A stretch of DNA of 58,603 nucleotides from an uncultured Eubacterium sp. GTDB lineage: Bacteria; Bacillota; Clostridia; Lachnospirales; Lachnospiraceae. Positions 27,980 to 37,084 of the stretch are shown here, one piece after another (within the stretch, counting starts at the first letter, position 1; each line of letters begins with the position of its first letter). Both the position numbers and the translations under genes were made by a program. The DNA lies in NCBI GenBank assembly GCA_964518785.1, contig CAZFHT010000001.1:22673-81275 (forward strand). The letters run 5' to 3'. The notes below the pieces were generated by a model, which saw nothing but the letters and a program-made list of their open reading frames with translations, ran no database searches and was not told where the DNA came from.

Positions 27980-28008
27980 TTGACATCAACAAATGGAAAT
28001 GCTACAAT
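27980..28008 (+). promoter_or_regulatory. SigA promoter of proS
   Basis: TTGACA-N17-TACAAT with TG extension. Confidence 0.8.
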
Positions 28009-28064
28009 AAAACGACAAATGTGTCGGCGGTTTTCCGCTGGCTTTTTAAAGATGGAGGTAAGAA

Positions 28065-29801
28065 ATGAAACTCGATAAATTAGTTGGCGAACGTTTTAAA
28101 GAAAAGCCAAGTGACTGTGTAATTGAAAGCCATGCCCTTATGATGCGCGGCGGTTATATGAAAGATGTAGCAAAAGGAATCTATTCCCAGTATATGCCGT
28201 TAAAACGCATCTGCCGTAAGATTGAAACCATCATCCGGGAAGAAATGGATGCCATTGACGGACAGGAGGTTCTGTTTCCGGTAGCACTTCCTGCGTCTCT
28301 GTGGGATGAATCCGGACGATATGAAAGTGTGGGAAGTGAATTGCTGCGTTTCGAAGACCGAAACGGTTCCAAAATGGTGCTCGGCATGACACACGAAGAG
28401 GCTGCTGTTCAATTGGTTCGTGATTACGCAAAAAGTTATAACAACTATCCTTTTATGATTTATCAGATTCAGACAAAATTCCGCGACGAGGCACGTCCAC
28501 GTGCCGGTCTGATTCGTGTTCGTGAATTTACTATGAAGGACGCTTATTCCTTCCACACATCACAAGAGGATTTGGAACGCTACTACCAGATTTGTTATGA
28601 TTCCTACAACCGTATTTTTGCTCGTGCCGGGATTCCGGAAGTTGTGACGGTAGCATCGGACTCCGGTATGATGGGCGGAAATCTGGCTCATGAATATATG
28701 CTGCTGACACCGATTGGTGAAGATTCCATCGCCATCTGCAGTAACTGTGATTTTCGTGCGAACATGGAGGCTGCCGAAAGCATTATTGAAAATGAAAAGG
28801 ACAGCTCGGACGAGGCACTGACAAAAGTTCATACACCGAACATTCACACGATTGAAGAAATCTGTGAATTTTTGAACTCTCCTTTGGAGAAGTCATGCAA
28901 AGCAGTTGTATACCAGAAAAATCTGACCGATGACTACGTGGTAGTGTTTATTCGTGGGGATTTGGATGTAAATGAGACAAAACTTACAAACTTCCTCGGT
29001 GAAGACATACACCCGGCTGTCATCACACCGGAATGTGGATTGAATGCCGGATATATCGGTCCGGTAAACTTATCTGTCACCGGAGATTACACCGTAATTT
29101 ATGATAAATCTCTTCAGGGAACGAACAACCTCTCCTGCGGAGCAAATGAGGAAGAATACCACTACACCGGACTTTGCATGGAACGGGATATCCCGGACGC
29201 CCGGTACAGCGACGTTGCCAAAATCACAGACGGAGGAATCTGTCCGAAATGCGGAAAGAAACACATTACGATATCACGAGGCATCGAAGTGGGAAACATT
29301 TTCCAGTTAGGAACAAAATATACAAAATCAATGAATATGCAGTATTTAGACGCTGACGGCAATTCCCAATATCCGATTATGGGCTGCTACGGTATCGGTG
29401 TCGGACGTCTTGCCGCCTCTGTCTGCGAGGCACATCATGATGATTTTGGTCCAATCTGGCCAATCTCTATCGCACCATGGCAGGTTCACCTTTGCTGCCT
29501 TCGTTCTGACGACGCTGAGGCAAAGGCGTGTGCTGACAAGATTTATGATGAATTGCAAAAACAGCACGTTGAAGTAATCTATGATGACAGAAATGTGCGT
29601 CCCGGCGTTATGTTCTCTGATGCCGACCTTCTCGGCGTTCCGGTACGGCTTGTCGTCAGCCCGAGAAATATGAAGGAATCGGTAGTTGAACTCTCTACCA
29701 GAGACAAGTCGATTCAAGAAAAAGTAGCAATCGACGAAGTGATTCCTACGGTAAAAGAATTAATTCAGAAATTATTGGACGAGTTAAACAGCCAAGCCTG
29801 A
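28065..29801 (+). CDS. proS: Proline--tRNA ligase (bacterial type with INS editing domain)
   Basis: THEE, KFRDEARPRAGLIRVREFTMKDAYSF, GIEVGNIFQLG, MGCYGIGVGR. Confidence 0.97.
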   Translation: MKLDKLVGERFKEKPSDCVIESHALMMRGGYMKDVAKGIYSQYMPLKRICRKIETIIREEMDAIDGQEVLFPVALPASLWDESGRYESVGSELLRFEDRNGSKMVLGMTHEEAAVQLVRDYAKSYNNYPFMIYQIQTKFRDEARPRAGLIRVREFTMKDAYSFHTSQEDLERYYQICYDSYNRIFARAGIPEVVTVASDSGMMGGNLAHEYMLLTPIGEDSIAICSNCDFRANMEAAESIIENEKDSSDEALTKVHTPNIHTIEEICEFLNSPLEKSCKAVVYQKNLTDDYVVVFIRGDLDVNETKLTNFLGEDIHPAVITPECGLNAGYIGPVNLSVTGDYTVIYDKSLQGTNNLSCGANEEEYHYTGLCMERDIPDARYSDVAKITDGGICPKCGKKHITISRGIEVGNIFQLGTKYTKSMNMQYLDADGNSQYPIMGCYGIGVGRLAASVCEAHHDDFGPIWPISIAPWQVHLCCLRSDDAEAKACADKIYDELQKQHVEVIYDDRNVRPGVMFSDADLLGVPVRLVVSPRNMKESVVELSTRDKSIQEKVAIDEVIPTVKELIQKLLDELNSQA

Positions 29802-29862
29802 GTTTTTTTGTGTGGCAAATACAACATTTTCCTATACGGCAAAGAGGGGATATAGAAAAACG

Positions 29863-30441
29863 ATGACAAAAGAAATATTAGACGAGCGGTATCGGATTGC
29901 TGACGAGGCGATTTGCGATGCGTTCCTGTTAGTCTTAAAAGAAAAAACTTTCGATAAAATAACCGTATCGGATGTTACAAAAAGAGCCGGAATCGTCCGT
30001 AGTACATTTTACAACCACTACGAGAACATTCCAGCCCTTGTCACTGCCATCGAGGACAAAACCATCGATGATATATTCGCTCTTTTGGATACGTTTCATC
30101 CAAAAAACAACCACGAAATGTGCAGGTCTTATTTTATGACGATTTGCGAATACACGATGACAAATCCTTTTTTAGCAAACATTCTTCGAAGTCCGAGGGG
30201 AAATGCGTTTTTTGAAAAAGCTATCACCATGTTTCACAGCTATGTAACAAAAGCTACTAAAAACGTAAAGCCATCCCCTCACAGCGAAGATGAAATTTCT
30301 TATACCATTGCCTGCGCCATCGGCAGCACCCTCGGTATCCTTCATAAGTGGACGACGGAAAATTTCCGGGTTCCGGCGGAGGTCATTGCCGACATTATGA
30401 CGCAGTCTTTTATGGCGGGGGTACTCCCATTCCTGTCCTAG
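29863..30441 (+). CDS. TetR/AcrR-family transcriptional regulator
   Basis: KITVSDVTKRAGIVRSTFYNHY HTH; ATG 29863 after GAGGGG. Confidence 0.9.
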   Translation: MTKEILDERYRIADEAICDAFLLVLKEKTFDKITVSDVTKRAGIVRSTFYNHYENIPALVTAIEDKTIDDIFALLDTFHPKNNHEMCRSYFMTICEYTMTNPFLANILRSPRGNAFFEKAITMFHSYVTKATKNVKPSPHSEDEISYTIACAIGSTLGILHKWTTENFRVPAEVIADIMTQSFMAGVLPFLS

Positions 30442-30472
30442 TGCTATGGTTCGTCAGTTAAAAACCACAGCA

Positions 30473-32023
30473 CTAGTTCACTGCCTCGTCTATCAGTGCC
30501 TCCTGCCTTTTTATCTTCTTTGTTGAACTTCGGATAAACGGATTCTTTCTCACAACCAGTCCGGTAATCTGACGGTAGGTAGGCTGTGTCTTATTATACT
30601 GATCCAAAAATTGCTGCAAAGCAGCCTGAATCTCCTCTGCACCCAGTCCCTTCAACTGAACAACGTCTTGGTCAGGGTAAATTCTTGCCGTAAGACCGTT
30701 GTCCTCTCCGGTAACTACGACTTCTCCCACCAGCTCGCCAAGAGCCAGTTTATTTTCGATTTCCTCCGGTGAAATGTTTTCTCCATTCGAAAGAATAATC
30801 AAATTTTTCACACGTCCATTGATAAACAGGAAACCATCTTCATCCAGATATCCTTTGTCACCTGTATGCAGCCAGCCATCCTTCAATGTTTCTGCCGTCT
30901 CCTCCGGCATTTTATAGTAACCCTTCATGACACTGCTGCCCTTTACAAGAATCTCTCCATTTTCAAAGGTAATCTCCGCATTGGAAAGGGGACGTCCGAT
31001 AGAGCCTGTCTTGTGATTGTCCGGTGTGTTTGTACTGATAACAGGAGAACATTCAGACATTCCATAGCCCTCGAAGATGTCCACGCCGTACTCCGCAAAT
31101 TTCTCAATGTAAAATGGGTCCAGATGTGCACCGCCCACAAAAATAATTCGAAGATTTCCGCCAAATACCTTGTCCGCCAGAACCGTTTTCGGTATGGAGG
31201 AATCCGCAGCGGCAAGTCTCTTATAAATCGTTTCCACCATCATCGGAACCATAAGAATGACATCCGGCTTGAAAACACTCATATTTTTCACCATGTGAAG
31301 AAGGGAATCATTGATACATACCGTAGCTCCCAGAGAAAATCCCTTCAGCCAGTCCATAACAAGACAAAAGGCGTGGTGAATCGGAAGAACACTGAGCATT
31401 ACCGTTCCGGGGTCAGAATAGTAATCTACAGAAAGTACATTGGCTGCCAGATTATTCTGTGTCAGCATAACACCCTTGCTTTTTCCGGTCGTCCCTGATG
31501 TGAAAATAATAGTAGCGATATCATCCGCAGACGGTCCGTCAACATCCTCTGTGTTCTCTCCTGCTGCCTTTAACTGAGTCAGCGTCATCACACGCTCATC
31601 CTCTGTCTCTGCTTCATCCTCTGTCAGCAGCCAAATCTTTTTTATCTTCGGACACTGGGACAAAATGCCCCCGGCAAAAGCCTTTTGTTTCGGACTCAGG
31701 AACAACGCCTCGGAATCCGAACGGTTAATCAAATCAATTAAATCCTCCGGCGGAAGTCCTGCGTCCAGCGGAACTGCTACGATGTTCCCGGTAATGATAC
31801 CAAGATAACTTTCTATCCATTCCACAGAACTTGTGCCAATCATGGCAATGTGCTTTTTCGCAAACCCTTCCGCTGCCAAGCCTTTTCTCACTGCCTGAAT
31901 CTGCTCCAGCATTTCCTTATAGTTTCTGGAAAACACATCCTTTTTCTGCAGCCACTTTACTGCCTCTATATCTGAAAATTTCTTTCCACTCTCTTCTAAA
32001 ATATCTCTGACAAGTAAACTCAT
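30473..32023 (-). CDS. AMP-binding adenylation enzyme (long-chain fatty acyl ligase-like)
   Basis: FTSGTTGKSKG, GYGMSE, WLHTGD, GRVKN, C-terminal KIKR. Confidence 0.92.
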   Translation of the reverse strand: MSLLVRDILEESGKKFSDIEAVKWLQKKDVFSRNYKEMLEQIQAVRKGLAAEGFAKKHIAMIGTSSVEWIESYLGIITGNIVAVPLDAGLPPEDLIDLINRSDSEALFLSPKQKAFAGGILSQCPKIKKIWLLTEDEAETEDERVMTLTQLKAAGENTEDVDGPSADDIATIIFTSGTTGKSKGVMLTQNNLAANVLSVDYYSDPGTVMLSVLPIHHAFCLVMDWLKGFSLGATVCINDSLLHMVKNMSVFKPDVILMVPMMVETIYKRLAAADSSIPKTVLADKVFGGNLRIIFVGGAHLDPFYIEKFAEYGVDIFEGYGMSECSPVISTNTPDNHKTGSIGRPLSNAEITFENGEILVKGSSVMKGYYKMPEETAETLKDGWLHTGDKGYLDEDGFLFINGRVKNLIILSNGENISPEEIENKLALGELVGEVVVTGEDNGLTARIYPDQDVVQLKGLGAEEIQAALQQFLDQYNKTQPTYRQITGLVVRKNPFIRSSTKKIKRQEALIDEAVN

Positions 32024-32032
32024 TTCTGCCTC

Positions 32033-32272
32033 CTACTGTTCCTGCTGTAATTTTTCTAATAATTCAAGGGCGTCCCCGATTGTGATAACTTCCAGAGCCT
32101 CCTCCTCGTCCAGCTCCAAATCAAAAGCATCCTCCAGCTCGCCTAAAAATGTCATGAAACCAAGAGAAGTGTATCCCAAGTCCTCCCGAAATCTCATATC
32201 ATTTGTCATGTCCTCTGCTTTTACATCGCAATACTGTGCCGCAAGCTCCTTAAACTGCATTTCCTGTGTCAT
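32033..32272 (-). CDS. Acyl/peptidyl carrier protein
   Basis: 79 aa, acidic; EDLGYTSL phosphopantetheinylation motif; TIGD. Confidence 0.88.
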   Translation of the reverse strand: MTQEMQFKELAAQYCDVKAEDMTNDMRFREDLGYTSLGFMTFLGELEDAFDLELDEEEALEVITIGDALELLEKLQQEQ

Positions 32273-32302
32273 AATTTCCCTCCAAAAATAATTACTTTAA
32301 CT

Positions 32303-33688
32303 TTACACTTGTTCTATAATTTCCCCTAACGTCATATCCGGCTCTGCAATTCCTTTGAATAAAATGCGCATCATATAGTAATATAAAAGCTCCACATCAT
32401 GCTCATTCAGATGAGCAGTCTGATAATGGTAGGAAAAATTCATCCCGCCGTTCTCGGTGTGAGATACGGTTAAATACATTTTTTTCGTCGCCGCCCCATT
32501 CGCAAACCACTTCGAATGCTGCGGAATATTCATAAGGTGAGGATTGTCCATTTTCACCGGAAGCGGCTGATAGGTAAGGTAAACGCTCTCATAACTTGTG
32601 TTCTCCGGTGTTTTGTAGCGTCGTCTCATTTCCTCCTGAATCAGCTCCGGGTCATAATTGCTGTGCATATAAATCCGGTTCTGCATATTCTGAATTTCAT
32701 AAGCCGCCGTCATAAAATCCGTCTCCGGAGAAATCACCGTCCGGCAAGGGAACATAATCGTTCTGCTGCCCCCAGATGTCCATTCGTCGTGCGTAGAACG
32801 TCTGGAAATGAAATTCTGAATCGTAATATCCTCTTGTCCATTATTTACTTTTGACAAATAGGTGCGAATACCGAGCAGCAAAAGATTTGTCATGGAGAGC
32901 TGGTGGTTCATGCAAAAATCCATGAGATTTTTCGTCGGCTCCGGCTCCAGCCAATAATCCTTCACGTCCACAAAAATATCCTTCAGCTCAATATCAGCAG
33001 CTCTTAACTGGCGGTCACCATGTTTTTCTCTCGCCTTTTCCAGCACCGATGCCCCTTGAATATCCGAATAAAGAGGCTCTCCCAAAGCATCCAACTGGTC
33101 ATCCCAGAATTTCTTGTCCTTGGCAAATCGCTTTTCGTTATTTGCCTTTTTCAAGTCCTTGTCCAACACTTCCTCAAAATCTGCCAAATCCTCCGGGTAC
33201 TCGGATTGGAAACGATAATGAGTATAGAGCTGCATTAAATCATTTATCATAACGACTAATCCGCAGGAATCAATCAGCCTGTGGTCCATATGAACAAAAA
33301 ATCCATTATAGCCCTCCGGGAGCTGAAGCATCGTCACGTCGCACAATGGAATGTTATCACCGTCAAAAGTTTCATACGCCCACTGCTGCATAAGGTTATC
33401 TGCCTCTTCCATGCTCATATGCGACAAGTCCTTTAAAGGAATGTCCCGACTGTCATTTTTCACTATGTACTGTTTCACCTCGCCTTTTTCATCCGGCTTG
33501 GTAAAACGAACTCTCATACATCCATAACGCTCTAACTCCAACTGAATACATTTTTTCAATAGTCCAAAGTCAAGCGGTGCCTTCAAAGACGCCACGACAC
33601 TAACTCCGGAAACCTGCTGTGTACCGTACCTCTGAATCCAGTTGTAGTGCATTTTTTGTGCTGCCGTCAATGGGTAATACTTTCTCAT
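32303..33688 (-). CDS. Stand-alone NRPS condensation-domain protein
   Basis: YPLTAAQ, MRVRF, HMDHRLIDS (HHxxxDG variant), KKFW, ISRR. Confidence 0.88.
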   Translation of the reverse strand: MRKYYPLTAAQKMHYNWIQRYGTQQVSGVSVVASLKAPLDFGLLKKCIQLELERYGCMRVRFTKPDEKGEVKQYIVKNDSRDIPLKDLSHMSMEEADNLMQQWAYETFDGDNIPLCDVTMLQLPEGYNGFFVHMDHRLIDSCGLVVMINDLMQLYTHYRFQSEYPEDLADFEEVLDKDLKKANNEKRFAKDKKFWDDQLDALGEPLYSDIQGASVLEKAREKHGDRQLRAADIELKDIFVDVKDYWLEPEPTKNLMDFCMNHQLSMTNLLLLGIRTYLSKVNNGQEDITIQNFISRRSTHDEWTSGGSRTIMFPCRTVISPETDFMTAAYEIQNMQNRIYMHSNYDPELIQEEMRRRYKTPENTSYESVYLTYQPLPVKMDNPHLMNIPQHSKWFANGAATKKMYLTVSHTENGGMNFSYHYQTAHLNEHDVELLYYYMMRILFKGIAEPDMTLGEIIEQV

Positions 33689-33730
33689 ACATAAATCCCC
33701 CTGTGTTTTCTCTGTATGATTTTCTTTTCT

Positions 33731-33747
33731 TTAACAGAAACTTAACA
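33731..33747 (-). promoter_or_regulatory. Direct-repeat box of OmpR/WalR type upstream of the condensation gene
   Basis: TGTTAA-GTTTC-TGTTAA (minus strand); extra TGTTAA half-site at 33781-33786. Confidence 0.5.
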
Positions 33748-33816
33748 CATTTTATTTTTTATTTCCATACCCAGCACGACTTAACAAACACTTTATAATA
33801 AATTGACCAAGAAATA

Positions 33817-34668
33817 TCACGAATCGTATTTTTGAAAGAAATTCAGAAGTTTTTCCCGATACAAATCCGGATTCACATAGGCACTGCACAAGTGCCTTGC
33901 CCCATGTATCATCACAATTTCTCTCGGTGCGCGACACAAAAAATAATTTAATCTCGTATTCCCCGGACGCACATAGGTATCCTCGGAACCGTGAAAGAAA
34001 AGAATCGGTCTTTTATTCTTTCTCAAAGCCTGCGTCGTATCGGAATCCTTCATGGCAAATCCGGCAAACAGACGGCAGAACAGATCCACTCTGAATAAAA
34101 AAAATCCCGGCCACTTCACATGAAACCAGTGAGTTATAATATCACCGATTTCCCTTTTCATCGTGTGAAATCCGCAGTCCGAAATAATTCCCCTTACTTC
34201 CCTCGGCAGCTTTAACCCGGACGCCATCAGCACCGAGGTTGCCCCCATGGATTCTCCATAGAGATAAATCGGCAGCTTTTTCTTGTTCCGTCTGGCTATG
34301 TAATAACTCCATCTCTGTATGTCATACTGCTCTTTTGCTCCAAAGGTGATAAATTCACCCTCACTCTCTCCACAACACCGCTCATCAATAAAGAGCAGAT
34401 TGCACTGATTCTCATGAAGAAATCTGGCAATGTTGGCAAAATCCCCAAAGCCGCTGCCTTTGTAGCCATGGCATAACAAAACAAACCGTTTTGCATCCTT
34501 TGACGGTAAATAACAGCCATGCAGCTTGAGTCCATCTTCACTTTTGATATAACAATCCCTCATGTTTTGTTCCCGGCACCATGCCTTGCCCTCTTCATAT
34601 TCCCTTTCGTATTTGTGCCGCGGATGATTGATTTTCGTTTGTTTTAATTGAAACCACTTATTTTTCAT
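33817..34668 (-). CDS. Alpha/beta hydrolase
   Basis: LCHGY, GESMG nucleophile elbow, HGSED, GARH; start taken at 34668. Confidence 0.9.
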   Translation of the reverse strand: MKNKWFQLKQTKINHPRHKYEREYEEGKAWCREQNMRDCYIKSEDGLKLHGCYLPSKDAKRFVLLCHGYKGSGFGDFANIARFLHENQCNLLFIDERCCGESEGEFITFGAKEQYDIQRWSYYIARRNKKKLPIYLYGESMGATSVLMASGLKLPREVRGIISDCGFHTMKREIGDIITHWFHVKWPGFFLFRVDLFCRLFAGFAMKDSDTTQALRKNKRPILFFHGSEDTYVRPGNTRLNYFLCRAPREIVMIHGARHLCSAYVNPDLYREKLLNFFQKYDS

Positions 34669-34670
34669 AC

Positions 34671-37058
34671 CTAATCCACCTTCAATATCAACTCTAGTAT
34701 TCTCTTTCCGCAAACCTCCATCTCTTCACGAGTAAGGATTCCTTTTTCTTTCGCCTCCAGCAATCGCTCCGGCAGTCCGCACGCCATCTTCAGGTCGTTT
34801 CCTGCCTGCACCTCCTTGTAATGTTCACCAAGCGTCCACCAGTCGGTGGTCACCATGCCGTCAAACCCCCACTCTTCTCTCAAAATTCCATCCAAAAGCT
34901 CTTTATTTTCAGAGGCTCTGTGACCGTTAATGATATTATAAGAACTCATAATGCAGCATGGCTTTGCCTTTTTCACAATCATCTCAAAGGCTTTCAGATA
35001 AATCTCTCTTGCCGCCCGTTCCGACACTCGCGAATCACTGTTCTTACGATTTGTCTCTTTATTATTGAGAGCAAAATGTTTCACCGCTGCCCCGATTCGC
35101 TGAGACTGAATCCCCTCCACCATGGCAGATGCAAGAACCCCTGTCAAATACGGGTCCTCTGAATAATACTCAAAATTTCTTCCGCAGAGAGGACTTCTGT
35201 GAATATTGATTGCGGGTGTGAGCCATATGCTGATATTATTTTCCTTGACTTCTTTTGCCCCTGCTGCACCCACGCAGTACACAAGCTCCGGATTCCATGT
35301 ACACGCCAGCAGGGTAGCACAAGGCCACGCCGTTGTGTTAATGCCGCACTGAGGTTCAATGCGAAGTCCGGCAGGACCATCCGCTGTCATAATATTGGGG
35401 ATTCCGTATTCCGGCATATTGCCGATACCAAAAGTATTTGCCACACCGGTGTTCGGCTGTCCTCCCAGCAAATGTGCCAGCTCATCATCCGTCAGTTGTC
35501 TGATAAACTGGTCTGTCATCATTTTCCCCTCTGCCACTTCGGTAAACGGACGAATGTTTTCTTTGTAGCGCCAGCTCCACAGCAGCACTCCTTTTACGCT
35601 GCGGTACGCCGGAGACAAACCGTCGATTGGCTCCTTCGCCATAAAATCCAATTCGCAGACATCGGGATTCTCCCCTTCTGTCTGCGGCAATTCTTCAAAA
35701 GTGCCGTCGGATACCATCCGCTGTTTCAGTGAGGTCGGCGCCAGTCTGGAGGAAAGCTGCTGAACAATGCGGTTTTCTTTTACTCCATAGGAAAATACCA
35801 ACTGCCGGGTATTGCGGACAGAGGTTCCTACATGAAAATAATAGCTGCCTTTTTCCAGCACATAAGCAGATTTACACACCTTCCCCATGTCGTCATAAGA
35901 CGCAAGCGAAGATACTTCAATCTTCAATGTGAGAAGTTGTGTCTCCCCCTTTTGAAGAAGTCTTGTCTTTTCAAAGGCGGCAAGACTTCTTCCGGCTTTT
36001 CCTAACGCACCCTGAGGAGCAGCGACATATACCTGCAAAACCTCTTTCCCCGGCACGTTTCCTACATTAGTCACAGAAATTTGGATGGCAATCACTCCAT
36101 TTTTCTCCTTAGCAGACTCAACCGACCAATCAAATTCCGTATAAGAAAGACCATAGCCAAACGGATAATTTACCTTATCATACGCCCCCGGAATCGTTTC
36201 AAAATAGCGGTATCCCACATAAATATCCTCTGTATAATCGACATAGTCGTCCGACTCATGAAAGTTATAAGAGGAAGGATAATCTTCTAATTTCCCGGCA
36301 AAAGTATCGGACAGTTTTCCGGATGGATTGCCAATGCCGCAAAGCAGTTCTGCTGCGGCAGCTCCCCCTTCCATGCCGCCCTGCCACGCCATGAGAACCG
36401 ATTGAATCTGCGAATCTTCCTTAAACCAGCTTGTGTCCACCATGCCGCCTACATTCATTACGACGACAATGTTCTGAAAATATTTTTTTACCTGCTCTAC
36501 CATCTTTTTCTCGGCATGAGACAGATAAAAATCACCCTCTTCAAAAATACTTTCGCCATCATCATTTTTGTCATAACTGCTCTTGCGGTCCCATCCTTCA
36601 CCGGAAAAACGGCAAATCGTCACAATGGCGACATCGGCAAAGTTCCGAGCCGTTTCCAGCAGCTCCTCAGAAAGCTCCGGCTCAACAGTCATTCCGGGAC
36701 AGACTCCCTTCGCATATTGGTGTTTTACGTTTTTTCGGTAAAAATCAGCCAGTTCCGGACACACTGCTGCCCGGTCACTGAGATTTTGAAATCCCTCCCA
36801 GAGATTTATCGTATATTCCACTGTGACATCGCCACTGCCACCGCCGCCCTTCACATAGTCCATACAGCCTTTGCCAAACAAAGCAACTTTGGTTCCGACA
36901 GCCAAGGGAAGAAGGTGGTTCTCATTTTTCAAAAGAACCATTCCCTCCTTTGCCGCCTCTTTTGACAGCCTCCGGTGTTCTTCACAGGCAGTCACTCTCT
37001 TACCGCCCTTCCCCAGCGGTAAATTCGGCTGATATAACGCTCTCTGCCACTTTCCCAT
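34671..37058 (-). CDS. GH3 beta-glucosidase with permuted domain order (sandwich-FN3-barrel)
   Basis: EGMVLLKN at N-terminus, GYGLSYT, then DGPAG, GRNFEYYSEDP, KHF, TDWW near the C-terminus; GGAGGT RBS before ATG 37058. Confidence 0.93.
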   Translation of the reverse strand: MGKWQRALYQPNLPLGKGGKRVTACEEHRRLSKEAAKEGMVLLKNENHLLPLAVGTKVALFGKGCMDYVKGGGGSGDVTVEYTINLWEGFQNLSDRAAVCPELADFYRKNVKHQYAKGVCPGMTVEPELSEELLETARNFADVAIVTICRFSGEGWDRKSSYDKNDDGESIFEEGDFYLSHAEKKMVEQVKKYFQNIVVVMNVGGMVDTSWFKEDSQIQSVLMAWQGGMEGGAAAAELLCGIGNPSGKLSDTFAGKLEDYPSSYNFHESDDYVDYTEDIYVGYRYFETIPGAYDKVNYPFGYGLSYTEFDWSVESAKEKNGVIAIQISVTNVGNVPGKEVLQVYVAAPQGALGKAGRSLAAFEKTRLLQKGETQLLTLKIEVSSLASYDDMGKVCKSAYVLEKGSYYFHVGTSVRNTRQLVFSYGVKENRIVQQLSSRLAPTSLKQRMVSDGTFEELPQTEGENPDVCELDFMAKEPIDGLSPAYRSVKGVLLWSWRYKENIRPFTEVAEGKMMTDQFIRQLTDDELAHLLGGQPNTGVANTFGIGNMPEYGIPNIMTADGPAGLRIEPQCGINTTAWPCATLLACTWNPELVYCVGAAGAKEVKENNISIWLTPAINIHRSPLCGRNFEYYSEDPYLTGVLASAMVEGIQSQRIGAAVKHFALNNKETNRKNSDSRVSERAAREIYLKAFEMIVKKAKPCCIMSSYNIINGHRASENKELLDGILREEWGFDGMVTTDWWTLGEHYKEVQAGNDLKMACGLPERLLEAKEKGILTREEMEVCGKRILELILKVD

Positions 37059-37084
37059 AATCTTACCTCCTGAAATGTAATCCT

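Noticed and set aside
27909-28064. T-box riboswitch upstream of proS
   Set aside because: Promoter lies about 55 nt from the start codon; no room and no T-box motif
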